Shown here piece by piece: positions 1-19,460 of a stretch of DNA of 64,000 nt. The stretch's first letter is position 1. The number at the start of each line of letters is the position of its first letter. The notes beneath the pieces were generated by a model that was given only the letters and a program-made list of their open reading frames with translations, was not told where the DNA came from and made no database searches. This DNA is from the human T2T-CHM13v2.0 reference genome, Homo sapiens. Location: the NCBI RefSeq assembly GCF_009914755.1, contig NC_060939.1. One strand, given 5' to 3'. A program made the position numbers and the translations under genes.

Positions 1-4422
<4,422 letters not shown>

Positions 4423-4440
4423 TTAAAATGAAAAAAAAGG

Positions 4441-7400
4441 GTAAAGATATCATATTTTTATATTTAAATATTTTTAAAAATCGACAACTTAAATAAAAAT
4501 TCACAATGTGTTTGGTGGTTTATAACATGTAAATAAGTAGAATACATGACAATAACATAAAGGCTGAAAAAAATACAAGTATAGTATGGTAAAGTTCTTA
4601 TTCTACATGTGAAGTGATATAATAACACTTGAAGATAGACTGTGATTTAAATAAGTACACTATTACCTGCAAAACAAATACTAAAAGATTTATAATTAAT
4701 AAAGAAATAGAACTGAGAAATTAAAACATGTTCAATTAACTAATAACAGAGTAAAAGGACAAATAGAAAAATGTAAAAAAGATACTTAAACATAACAATA
4801 ATTACATTAAATGCAAATTGTCTAAAAATCCATTTATAAGGCAGAGATTGTCAGACTGGATAACTAAAAAAGACCCAATTATAGGCCACTTACAAGAAAC
4901 TCAGTTTACATAAAGCGACAGAAATAAGGTAAAATTAGAGGATGGAAAACGATGAGCCTTGCTAACATTAATTAATTCAAGAAAAGTTGATGTGGCTATA
5001 TTAATATTAGATAAAGTAGATTTTAGAGCAAAGGATGTTACTAAGGATAAAAAAGCCCATTTTATAATGATAAAGGGATCAACTTATAAAAGAACATTTG
5101 ATTTTAAATGTTTAAGTGGTATAACTGAGTATGAAAACACATAAAACAAAAACTGATAGTACTGAAAGGAGAAATAGACAAATCCATAATTATTGTCAGA
5201 TATTTCAATTACCCTCTCTCAATAATTGATTTGAATAACTGATAGAATAATTGACAGAATAATGATACAGAAGATTTGAAGACTATCAACAACTTTTACC
5301 TAATTGACATTTATAGGACATTCCAACCAATCACATCAGAATAAATATTATTTTCAAGTACATGTTAAATTTACCAATGTATGCCATGTTATAAACCAAA
5401 AAACGAGTGTGAATGATATTAAAACGAGTAATACAAAGAATATTTTCTGGCCACAGTAGAATTAAATTAGTTACAGCAAGATACTCAGAATGGTTTCAGT
5501 TTTTTGGAAACCAAGTAATATAACTTCTAAATAAACTCTGAGTAAACATAAAAAGTAAAGTGAAATTTAAAAATATTTTGAACTTGAGGAAAATAAAAAT
5601 ATAACATATTAGGATTTGTGGAATGACTCTAAAGCAGTACTTAAAGAAAATTTATAGCTCTAAATGCCTATAATACCAAAGAAGGAATGTCTTCTGTGAA
5701 TGCCTCAACTTCCACCTTCAGAAGCTAGGAAAGAACATATTAAATTCAAAGTAAGCAAAAGAAAGGAAATAAGAGAGTGGAAGTCAATGGAATAGAAAAT
5801 AAGTAGAACAAATTAATGAAACCAACCTTGGCTCTTTGAAAAGATAGATATAATTGATCAACCTCTAACCAGTCTGACCAGGAAAAAAAGAGAAGACAAA
5901 AGTTAGCCATCCAAGAGTGAGGTTTAATACCATTACAGATTCTACAGATGTTAAGATAAAAATTAGGAAATATCATGAATAATTTTATGCCATTAAATTT
6001 AATAATTTACATGAAATGAACCAATTTCTTGAAAGACACAAAATACTAAAGCTGACTCAAGAACTGAGTAGCTTTACATCTGTTAAAGCAAGGTTTCTCA
6101 AACTTGGTATTATTGATATTTGCACCAAATAATTATTTATTATAGGGCTATCTTATACATTGTAGAATGTTTAGCAACATTCCTGGTCTCTATTTACTAG
6201 ATGCTTACAGCAATTCCTTCTCTTTGTTGTGACAACCAAAAAATGTGCACAGACATTGCAAAATGTTCTCCAAGGAGTCAAAATTGCCCTGGATTAGAAA
6301 CACTATATTTAAAAAACCAAAAATTGTAGCTTCAACCCTTCCCACAAAAGTTGCAGGTCCAGATGTCTTCGTAGTTGATGTTTATCAAATGTTCAAGGAT
6401 GAAATTATACTAATTCTATAAGAAAAAACTTTTTTAGAAAATTAAAAGAGAGGGAATACTTCTCAACTAATTATATGAAGCCACAATTATCTTGATAACC
6501 ATAGCTATAAAGACATGACCAGAAATAAAGACTATACAGATCAATATCTCTCATTTTGCATAAATGCAAAAGTTCTGAGTAACATTTTAGCAAATTGAAT
6601 CCAGCAATATGTAAAAGAAATAACACATAGTGATCAAATGGGGTTAATTTAGTAACATAAGGTTGGTTGAACAAATTAAAATCAATCAATGTAATTCACC
6701 ACATTAAGAAATTTAATCTCAATCTCAGAAAAGCATGTCACAAAATCCAATATGCACAATAAAAACTTTCAGAAAGCTAGAAGTAAAATGGAACATTTCA
6801 ACCTAATTAAAAGCATCCCTGATAAACCTACTGCTAGCATTAGACTTAATGGTGAAAGACTGAATGCTTTCAGAAACAAGACAGGGATGTCTGCTGTCAC
6901 TACATCTATTCACGATTATATTGCAATTTCCAGCTAATGTAATAAAGCAAGAAAAAAATCACAATATGCAGATTGAAAAGAAATAGTATTATTTTTATTC
7001 ACAGATGTCATCACATCTATACAGAAAATCTGATAAAATCTACAAAAAGATGCTAGAATAACTGTATTTCACATGGTGACAAAAAAAATTGTCCAAAAAT
7101 TAGTTGTACTTCTATTTATTAGCAATGAATTGAAAAAAATGAAAATTTTAAAATAATATTGCCAAGAGCATAAAAATATAAAATAAAATACCTAAGAATA
7201 AATCTGACAAAAGGTTGTGTAAGGCTGTACACTATAAAATACAAATCAATGCTCAGAGAAACTTTTTTTAAAAACATGAATATATAGAACAATATATCTT
7301 GTTATGGGTTGGAAGACTCAATAGTGTGAAAACGTTGATTCTCTTCATATACCAAATGATCCAGCCATTTATTCCTAGGCATTTACCGAAAAGAAAAGAT

Positions 7401-7640
7401 AGCATAAAGCTATATAGAAGATAGCATAAAGCTTATACATGAATGTGCATAGCAGCCTTATTTGTAATAGCCTTAACTGGAAACAACTCAAATGTCCATC
7501 AAAAAGGGAATGCATAAACAAATTGTGATATATCCATACAATGGAATCCTACTCAGTAATGAAAATGTAACAAACTACTGTTACACATAATGACATAGAT
7601 GAGTGAAAGAAGCCAGACAAAAAGAATGTATACCCTATAT
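4441..7640 (+). mobile_element. Ancient L1M-type LINE-1 (degenerate ORF2 plus 3' end), interrupted by MER20
   Basis: ORF 4959-5144 ([11 protein letters not shown]...HFIMIKGS) is a diverged L1 endonuclease. ORF 6752-6937 (DKPTASIRLNGERLNAF) is RT-region. An old L1 3'-end motif 'ggaaacaactcaaatgtccatc' lies near 7480. Confidence 0.8.
6089..6305 (-). mobile_element. MER20 (hAT-Charlie DNA transposon)
   Basis: Matches the reverse complement of MER20 along its length ('ggtttctcaa...gtgacaaccaaaaaatgt...cagacattgc...aaaattgccc'). Confidence 0.85.
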
Positions 7641-7854
7641 TTCTTAATGCTAGTTATTGTATTTTCTATTTTCTAAAAATATATTTTTAATAGAGTCCAG
7701 TTATCTAATAAACATCTCCAATCTTATTTATTTTCTCGAGCATATTAACACAGTTAAATTAATTGATAGCTACAAGTCAGAATCATCTATTGGTCTGTTT
7801 CTATTTTCTGATTTTTTTCCCTTCAGCCTGTTTCCCTGTGGGGGAATAATAATT

Positions 7855-7933
7855 TTTATTTGAATATGAATAAATATTTATATTCAAATAAATATTTATA
7901 TTCAAATAAAAAAATTTTATTTGAATATAAATA
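7855..7933. repeat. AT-rich tandem plus inverted repeat cluster with a perfect 19-bp-arm palindrome
   Basis: tatttatattcaaataaaa (7893-7911) and ttttatttgaatataaata (7915-7933) are exact reverse complements. An 18-nt unit is tandemly repeated at 7869-7904. Confidence 0.9.
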
Positions 7934-9013
7934 AATTTGAATTGAAATAATAATTTTGATTTGAAAGTCAAATATTTGGTTTGAAAAACTGCGGAGGATC
8001 TGCGTGATGTTCTCAACCTCAAGAGAAGATTTAACCCATCCTCTGACATGTCAAAACAGTAGGAGCAGATCACCTCAATCCAATGAGGTTTTGACTCAGT
8101 GCTAAATTTAAGACTTTGTAAGGCTCTGTCTACCTCTGGGTCTCCTTCAAAACTAAGATGTAGCTTTTCAGGAGTCCCCTTAAGAACCTTGGATATTTAG
8201 CAGAGTACCTCCTTCTTAATGCATAAATTCAATATCAAATTTTGTGTCATTATGAGACTACCAAAAGTTCTCCTGAGCTTTTCAGGTTTTTTTCTATGTG
8301 GTTTAACAACTGGCAAATGCCTGAAAGAGAACACTAGTGCCTAGTGTCAGAAACATTTCCCCATGTTTCCTTTCCCTCTGGAATCTTGCTCTCTCAAATA
8401 CTGATTACTTTGGGAGGTCCAGACTCCAATGTTTGCCTCTCAGAGCCCTATGAGATTTCTAAAAGCTCTGCTGTCTTCTCTGCCTCTTAGTGGCTGTACG
8501 CTGTTCAGCTTCTAAGCATTTTGCCTCATCAGGCTGTAGACTCAGCAAATACCTTCAATAGAAACAGAAACTCAGTAGGTTGGGCTCATCTCTGTGAGTT
8601 TCTCTTTGATTGTATAATATATACAGAGACATGTTTTGGAGGGGCTCAGAGTGAAACCAAGTAGCAGATGTCACTTGCCAAATTACATGTCAAAAGAGTA
8701 ATAAATGTTATAACAGTGAGTACAACAGGAGTTAAAAGAAATTAAGGATTTCTATCTCAGGTAGAGTAGAATTTTATTCCTTATAAGTAAAATCATTTTT
8801 ACCAGAATTAGACATTATTGAGGGATATTAAGTAACACTGGTACCTAACTGCTTGTGGGGAAAGAGGAATGAGAAATGGTTGAAAAAAGGGCCAACATTC
8901 CAAGCTTTTGTAATCAGTAAAGTGGAAAGTATACAGAATGGGAAAGAAAAAGCCAGGTGTGATTTCTCAACATACTAACTCTCAATATATGGCCGTGGCT
9001 CTCCAGGGGAGAT

Positions 9014-9519
9014 TGTATTAGTCTGCTCAGGCTGCCATAACAAAATGCCACGGACTGGGGGCTTAAATTACTGATATTTATTTTCTCACACTTCTGGAGG
9101 CTAGACATCCATGATCAAGGTGCCTAGTGATTTGGTCCATGGTGAGAGCTCTCTTCCTGGTATGCAGAGAGCCATCTTCTTGCTGTAACCTCACATATCC
9201 TTTCTTCTAAGAATATGGTGGAGGGGGAGGAGGTAAAGGACAGAGGAGAGAGAGAAGAGAGAGAGAGGAGAGAGGGAAGGAGGGAGGGAGGGGGAGAGAG
9301 AGAAAGAGAGAGAGAGAGAAGATGGAGAGAGGAGAGACAGAGAGAGTCATATATCTTTTCCTCTTATAAGAACATGAGCCTTGTTGGATTAGAGCTGTAC
9401 CCTTATGACCTCACTTAACATTCATTACCTCCTTATAGGCTCTATCTCCAAATGAAGTCACATTGGAGGATAGAGCTTCAACATATGAATTTTAAGAGAA
9501 AACAATTTAGTCCATGGCA
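9014..9519 (-). mobile_element. MLT1A-type MaLR solo LTR containing a (GA)n polypurine tract
   Basis: TG...CA ends ('tgtattagtctgctcaggctgccataac' to 'tccatggca'); 5-bp TSD gagat/gaaat. Confidence 0.85.
9218..9346. repeat. (GA)n / GGA polypurine microsatellite
   Basis: Almost pure G/A run seen directly. Confidence 0.9.
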
Positions 9520-10194
9520 GAAATGCACTAGCTGTCTTGCACTTAAAGTTATACTACTTTCTCTCCTCCTATTCTAGACATAATATTTCTTCTACTAAAC
9601 AATCCATATCTAAGACCATTTTTGATAATTTCAGGAAAAACTAAATTATATTTCCCTTTATTCATGGTGAATAATATTTTCTCTCCTAGAAAACAAGAAA
9701 AAGTCACTTTAAAGAAATTATATTAGTATGGCAGTCTAGTATAAAGCTATATCCTAGCATTACTTGGCAAAAACTTTTTCCAAATTCTAAAATTTTCCTT
9801 TTTGATAACATCTTTTTATTTGCCACTTCCACTAGCAATATCATACTTTTTGCTCTTTATAACAAGTAATTCATGTAGACAGAACTAAATCAGATGAACA
9901 TTACATTCTGCAAGGGTGTACTTCATAGTCTTGACAATGCTGGGAACTGGTCATTTGATCTCCTTATTAATCTAGGAGCACTAGGTCTTTCCCCAACTCC
10001 AGAAGGTGCTTCCTCTTGGCACTACTGTGTTTCTATTTAAGGCTTCTCAAGAGTCTGGGTCTTCCACAGCTAATGGGTTTAGTTTGACAGTCCTGCCTCC
10101 ATTTCTCTTAATCACCATCTGAAAATTCAAGTCATAATCCACCAGATAATGAGATGCCCCTTCTGTGTTAGAGTGTAGGAGGGAAAAATATAGG

Positions 10195-12545
10195 TGTATT
10201 AGTCCATTTTCACACTGCTGATGAAGACATACCTGAGACTGGGTAATTTACAAAAGAAAGAGGTTTAATTGGAATTAGAGTTCCACGTGGCTGGGGAAGC
10301 CTCACAATCATGGCAGAAGGCAAGCAGGAGCAAGTCCTGTCTTACATGGATGGCAGCAGGCAAAGAGAGAGCTTGTGCAGGGAGACTCCAGGTTTTTCAA
10401 AACCATCAGATCTTATGAGACTTATTCACTATCACCAGAACAGCATGAGAAAGACCTCCCCTCATGATTCAATTACCTCACACTGGGTCTCTCCCACAAC
10501 ATGTGGGAATTCAAGATGAAATCTGGGTGGGGACACAGCCAAACCATATCACTCTGCCGCAGTACCTCCCAAATCTCATGTCCTCACATTTCAAAACCAA
10601 TCATGCCTTCCCAACAGTACCCCAAAGTCTTAACTCATTTCATCATTAACTCAAAAGTCCACAGTTTAAAGTCTCATTCGAGGCAAGGCAAGTCCCTTCT
10701 GCCTATGAGCCTGTAAGATAAAAAGCAAGTTAGTTACTTCCTAGATACAGTGGGGGTACACGCATTGTGTAAATACAGCCATTTCAAATGGGAGAAATTA
10801 ACCAAAACAAAGGGGCTACAGGGCCCATGCAAGTCCAAAATCCAGTGGGGCAGTCAAATCTTAAAGCTCCAAAATGATCTCCTTTGACTCCATCTCTCAT
10901 ATCTGGGTCATGGAGGTGATGCAAGAGATGGGTTTCCATGGTCTTGGGTATTGGGAAGTCCCACCCCTGAGGCTCTGCAGAGTACAGCCTCCCTCCAAGC
11001 TGCTTTCATGGGCTGGTGTTGAGTGTCTGCAGCTTTTCCACGCACATGGTTCAAGGTGACAGTGGATCTACCATTCTGGGGTCTGGAGGATGGCGGCCCT
11101 CTTCTCACAGCTCCTAGGCAGTACCCCAGTAGGGACTTTTGTGTCGGTACTCTGACCCCACATTTTCCTTCTGCACTGCTCCATAAGAGGCCCGCCCCGC
11201 CCCAGTAGGGACTCTTGTGTTGAGACTCTGACCCCACATTTTCCTTCTGCACTGCTACATGAGAGGCCCACCCCTGCAGCAAACTTCTGCCTGGACATCC
11301 AGGTGTTTCCACACATTCTCTGAAATCTAGGCGGGGCTTCCCAAACCTCAGTTCTTGACTTCTGTGCACTAGCAGGCTCAACACCATATGGAAGCTGCCA
11401 AGGCTTGGGGCTTGCACCCTCTGAAGCCACAGCATGAGCTCTACATTGGTCCTCTTTCAGCCATGGCTGGAGCAGCTGGGACACAGGGCACCAAGTCCCT
11501 AGGCTGTAGACAGCATGGGGACCTTGAGCCCAGACCACAAAACCACTTTTTCCTTCTATGCCTCTGGGCCTCTGTGATGGGAGGGGCTGCTGCAAAGGTC
11601 TCTGACATGCCCTGGAGACATTTTCCCCATTGTCTTGGGGAATAAGATTCTGCTCCTCATCACTTATGCAAATTTCTGTGCTGGCTTGAATTTCTCCCCA
11701 GAAAATGGGACTTTCCTTTCTATTGCATTGTCAGGCTGCACATTTTCCAAACTTTTATGCCCTTCTTGCCTTACAAAACTGAATGTCTTTAACAGCACCC
11801 AAGTCATATCTTGAATGCTTTCCTGCTTAGAAATTTCTTCTGCCATATACCCTAAATCATCTCTGTCAAGTTCAAAGTTTCACAAGTCTCTAGGGCAGGG
11901 GCAAAATGCTGCCAGTCTCTTGGCTAAAATGTAACAAGAGTCACCTCTGCTTCAGTTCCCAACAAGTTCCTCATCTCCACCTGAGACCATCTCATCCTGG
12001 ACTCCATTGTTCATAACACTATCAGCATTTTTGTCAAAGCCATTCTTAAGTCTCTAGGAAGTTCCACTCTTTCCCACATTTACCTGTCTTTTTCTGAGTC
12101 CTCCAAACTGTTCCAACTCTTACCCAGTTCCAAAGTCACTTCCATATTTTCAGGTATCTTTTCAGCAACACCCCACTCTACTATATTTACTATATTTGCC
12201 CATTTTCACACTGGTGATAAAGACATACCTGAGACTGGGTAATTTACAAAAGAAGAGGTTTAATTGGACTTACAGTTCCATGTGACTGGAGAAGCCTCAC
12301 AATCATGGTAGAAGGCAAGGAGTAGCAACTCTCATCTTACATGGTTGGCAGCAGGCAAAGAGAGAGCTTGTGCATGGAGACTCCCGTTTTTCAATACCGT
12401 CAGATCTCATGAGACTTATTCACTATCATGAGAAGAGCATGGGAAAGACCTGCCCCCATGATTCAATTAACTCCCACCGGGTCCCACCCACAACATGTGG
12501 GAATTCAAGATGAGACTTGGGTGGGGACACAGTCAATCGATACCA
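10195..12545 (-). mobile_element. Full-length THE1 (THE1B-like) MaLR element: LTR 10195-10551, internal 10552-12190, LTR 12191-12545
   Basis: Two ~355-bp direct LTR copies ('ccattttcacactg...ggtggggacacag'), THE1-internal sequence between them, and a 5-bp TSD atagg/ttagg. Confidence 0.93.
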
Positions 12546-13739
12546 TTAGGCATGAATCCATCATTTCCTTGCTACTGTGCCCTCCTCCAAGATAATAAAA
12601 ATAAAACAAAACAACAAAAAACACAAAGGACAAGGCTGTAATAAATTTTATAATTAGAAATTGGACCCAACTCACCCATGGATGATGGAAGTCACCCAGA
12701 AACATAATCTTTCACAAAGCAAAGGGCACCCCAGATGCTTTTCCCCATCTAAATCTCCCTCAGATTCTCACACAGGGCTCTAGACACTCCCTTTTTCACA
12801 CCTGTCATTGTGAATGATGAGTCTCCCACCACACGGCAATTACCACCCTTTGTCTCTTGAAAGTGTTTTATTTCTTAAATCTTTTTAAAATGTGTGGGAG
12901 GGTACTTGGTAATTTTTTTTCCTATGCTTGACTATTGGAGGTAGGTTACCTTTCAAATCTTTAAAAAATTGTTTTCAGGGTCATAATCTAAACTCAAGTT
13001 GAAGGAAAAAATACAAAACAATTTTGCCTGTTAATGGCAGGTTACCAAAAACTCTTGCCCTTGGAGTTAATGGGTCCTGATCATCTTTTGAAAAGCATTT
13101 GGTTTCTTCAATTTTCCACCAGGGCACTTACAACACGAAACACAAAAACTACTTTGGCTTGTGAAGGCTGCTTTCTTTGTCATCCTTGGGATTGTGTCAA
13201 ATTAAAGTCTTTCTATTCATTGTCTCCCCCATCCCCACTCCATGGAGTGGGAGGCAGTGATTATAATCATCTGCTGCATTTTAATAGTAATACCTTACCT
13301 ATTAAATTACATATCTAATTACATTACATTTACCAACACAAGATTTTATAAAAATTTAACCTAAGGCCAAAAAAGAAAACTCACGTACATTATCCTGCAC
13401 AGACTCAAGCATATTTGCATCAACAACTCCACAGACAACCCGGTCCCTCCTCACCAAGTGTTATTTGGGTGTCCCTTCTCCAGGAACAATTTCCTGAAAC
13501 TCCTCTACATGTTGCAGTAGATTGCATCCTACCAGTGTGCTGGAATGCTGTTTTTGCATTGCGCTCCCCTGTTATTACTAGGATTATAGACTTTACATCT
13601 ACCATTACTCTTTCACTCCAAGCAGGGTATTGCCCTTCTCCAGTATATCTTTGGAAGGCCATCATGTTCTTTACTGTGAACCTCAGGAAAGCTTCTCTGT
13701 ACCTGAGCTCCCTGTCTGTGTTCATCCTGTTGGCCCATG

Positions 13740-13890
13740 TTGTTTGCTTTTGAAATCTTTCTATGGTTTCTTTATGCATATGAAAGTAAATATCAATATA
13801 CTCTTAATCTTCTAGACTAGGTAGTACATAATATGAAAGATCTCCAACCCAGCTTTTTCCACCTAACAATACATCTTGGAGACATAAGTG
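13740..13890 (-). mobile_element. L1ME-type 3' end fragment
   Basis: 'ctttatgcatatgaaagtaaatat...tttttccacctaacaatacatcttggaga' resembles the reverse of the L1ME4 3' end. Confidence 0.5.
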
Positions 13891-16699
13891 TCCATTTTTG
13901 CTTGGAAACTAAATTAAAAAAAAAAATCAGAATCTCTACTTGTGCAGTACCATGGCTCCTGGTAAACACCATAAAATGCTGTTTCCATTTGCTTTACTTT
14001 CAATCACTGTGTGCCTCCTAGAATTTGAGTTATAATTATTTTTAATTAAATGTGTGAAATTTTAAATGACTTAAATATAACAAAATTTAAGAACAGAAAT
14101 ATAACCTCATCTAGACATCAGTATTGATGAAGTAGAAAGAGGCTCAAGGAAATTTCAAGTTAAATCTCCCTCATTTATTGCTACTGAAAATTAAAATCTA
14201 AAATTCAAAAATCTAAGTTTGTTACTTTTTCTCCAGAAATGAACACTTTGCCAGAATATAAATGTTCTAATTCACTTGTTGAGAATTTTAGTATGAAAAA
14301 AGAAATGTGGTTGGGATATGAAATACTTGGCTTTATTAGATATGCATGGCAGTTATACATTGGAAATACTAGTTCATTCTTTTCCTTAGAAAAATAAAAC
14401 AGTAGCCTGTTTTTCTGATCAAGAGAGTACTGTTTCTCACTAGCCTTTTAATAACAAGATTCTTGGTTGAACTAGAAAACTAGGGTCAGAAAACTCAGTT
14501 TAATCTGTTAAAATTTTTATAAATATTATGAAAAGATGGCAAAGTACTTAAAACGAATATCAATGATGCTTTATATATCTTTACTTAGCTATAATAGTTA
14601 ACTGTAACAGTTCATTTTCATTTAGAATCTGTTTAATATAAACATTTCAAAAACTGCCTTTCTTGTAATTTTAACAAACTACCTGAAAGTGCTCTGTTGG
14701 AAATAAAATATATAAGAGGTTTGCTTTATTTTGTTTCTCATGCATTTCTGATTTTATGACATAACACGATTATTTCCTGCCTCAGGATACTACCTGGTCT
14801 CAGACATAGAATCCTTTAATTGTTTGAGAGACTGTGAGTAACGTTTTACCCTGTAAGATATAGTTGAGTAGACATTTTTCAACCTCTCTTCATACAATCT
14901 ATGATTATGTGGTCTTACACAATGCATGGAACCTTCTTGTTAAAGCGCTATGAAACTGCCTGCTGATACACATGTCCTGATACCTTTTCCCCTAAAAGAA
15001 TTTGACTCTAAAGTCTCTTGGCTTCTGTTTTGCTGTCCTAGGCTTCTTTGAAAACAGACAATAACAACAAAACTTATACTTCCACCTGCCATCTGCTTTC
15101 TTTCCTATTAGTAAAAAGCTGGAAACAAAATCAAACCTAAATTAGCTAGGATTTGGGGTAAGAAAAACTCTCAGTGAGAAAGTCATTAATACATATATTC
15201 TATGTATAAAATATGCTTCTCCATTTTACTTTGCTTAAAGTAGTGAAGTTCATTGTCTTTCACGTGCTTCAAGCAATTCAAAAGAATAGCATTACAAACT
15301 CAGTCTTCTGTGTTTACATTTAGCATAATAGAGAATTATGAATCATTTCCACTCAGTTGGTATATTTAATTTTCAAAAAATATTATAAAATGAAGTAACT
15401 ATTAGTATAAAAATACCTTGAGATGACATTTGATTGCAGTGCAAGGTGTTTATTTTACTAAAGTACCTTGAACTAATTGCATTTATTTTTTATACATATG
15501 CCATTATAACCAACAATTCATCCTATTATAGTAATTTCACTTTTTCCCCCAAACTTGGGAGATAATCTGCATTTTCCTCTAAATTTTGGTAATGTTTCTT
15601 AATTATAAGGGAAATATTTCTTTGCCCTTACACCTCCCTTGTGGGAGAATGCTTTGATCTCTCTAGAAGTTTAATTGCATTTCATGGAATGGCTCCTCTT
15701 TGCAATTAGGTCTATACTTGTATGCTTCATGTGTTTTCTTTCATGTTTTTATTCAATCAATTCTGTGGCAAATTTTCTGTCTCACCAATGTTTCCTTTCA
15801 TCTTAGTTTCTGGTAACAGTAACTTCTGAGTAGCTACATTCTTTCATCTGATAAAGATAGACTCTCTGATCATCCTTGAAGTATTTTGGAAAGTTTGTTT
15901 TTGATTACTTTAATTGTTCTTCCCTTATACAGATAGTTAATGAACAGTTCAAGTTAAGATATTGTCATATCTCTTGTTGGGTCCATTCTACTAGGAAAGT
16001 GATCATCATTGATAGGGCAAACATAGTCTTATGTTTTCCTACTCATTAAATAAAATGGGCTAGTTAAATGGTAGTGGAATTATTTGGCTTACTTTTCTGA
16101 AAACAAGAAAATAAGTTTTTTATCATGGTAAGTGGCAGACATCTGTCCAGATTTACATCCAAAGAGAGTATAGTAAAGTTTTAGCCAAATTATAACCTGC
16201 TTCTTGGTTTTCTTTCTCATGTTCATTCTGCAGTCTCCCCCAAAACTCAGTATTAGCATTATAGGTCTCTGATACTAAGATAGGAAAGGGCCAGGTATCT
16301 TGAGCAAAAAAGAAAGCAGCCAAATAAATGCAGTCCTGTGCACACTGTTTTGTCTCTTATACTAGCAAATCAATTATATTTACAAAATATGGTCTTATGT
16401 TTGGAAATGGGCCAAAAGTTTCATTAGCAATTCTGAATAAAGGTTTAATGATCCCAGAGATTACCAGTAATGTTGGAGAGTCAATTTGTATCTCAGTTTC
16501 TCCATCTATAAAGATGAAAGAAAGAAACCCAGCCATAATATCCAATTACCTTCGAGATACATACATTGGCCAAGGTTTCAGAGATGTGTATAAAAAGGGC
16601 TTTTCAGGTGTCTGAAATTAACTTGTTTAGTAATGTTTTACACCAAATAAATGCTCAACCACTAAAGTACTCAACTGTAGCTAATTTATTCAGTTATTC

Positions 16700-18510
<1,811 letters not shown>

Positions 18511-18621
18511 GGGGCACATTTTTATGCAGCTGCATCTCCATAGTTACCATTAATGCTCATTAGCATTTTAAGAATTAATTCCTAACCTCGGATTTTTAAT
18601 TTCTTTTGTTTGTTTTGGGGG

Positions 18622-19460
18622 CATTTATTTGTCAACTATCTATTCCACTTATTTCATGTGCAAAGCACCGTCCTAGACTCTTGGAATTTTTATTAATGAG
18701 TAAGGCAAGCGAAGATCCTTGCCTTCAGGTACCTTGCCTTCTAGTGGAAGAGACAAACACAAAACAATAAAAATAGTAAATAACTATGTCACATAGGTGA
18801 GAAAAAAATGTGAAATACAGCAGAGTTAAGAAAACCCCTCAGTCCTGGGGCTGCAATTTAAATAAGGTGGTCATTGTAAGCCTCATTAAGATGATGATGT
18901 TTGTGCAAAACATTGAAGAAAGTAAGAGTTCAGTTAAGTGGTTACCTGGAGGAAAAGCATTCCAGATAGAGGACATTGCTGGTGCAAAAGTCCTGGGGCA
19001 GAGGAGTAACAGGGAGGTCACAATGACTCCAAAGTGATGTGAACAAGAGGATCAGTTGGGAAAGAAGGTTATGGGGTCAGCACGGGCCACCTTAGGGACT
19101 CTTAAAAATTTTGAATGAGATGGAGAACAATGAATTTCAGAATTCTGAGAAGGCAGTGACATGATTTGTCTTACCTGACAATAAATCAGCCAAGATATAA
19201 TGGTGCTTTGGATCAAGGTAAAAGTAGAAGTGACGAGAAATAATGGAGTCTGCAAACATTTCAACAGCGAAACTGATAGGATTGTTTCATACATCAGCTG
19301 TTAGGTATAATAGAAAGAGAATAGTTGAGGATGACTACAGGGATATTGAACTAAAGTCTTGGAGGATACAGCTGCCAACAGTTGAGAGATTAAAGTGGCA
19401 GGTGAAATAGTTTTAGGGATTCATGCTACTTAAGATGAGACAGTCCAGTGGAGATGTAGT
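18622..19460 (-). mobile_element. L2 LINE relic
   Basis: Tail-like 'catttatttgtcaac', 'gatccttgccttcagg...ttctagtgg', and a purine-rich L2 body. Confidence 0.7.

Noticed and set aside
7396-7433. Small tandem duplications (also 26977-27004 and 28348-28376)
   Set aside because: Common slippage-type duplications of 12-16 nt with no further structure.
10908-11595. Two 175-aa minus-strand ORFs
   Set aside because: They lie wholly within the THE1 internal sequence and are decayed MaLR coding remnants.
13415-13779. Overlapping 112-aa and 119-aa ORFs
   Set aside because: No recognisable protein similarity, partly in an old L1 fragment, and no convincing splice context.
16328-16615. 95-aa ORF
   Set aside because: No recognisable homolog; it contains a MIR-like core (tctcagtttctccatctataaagatg).
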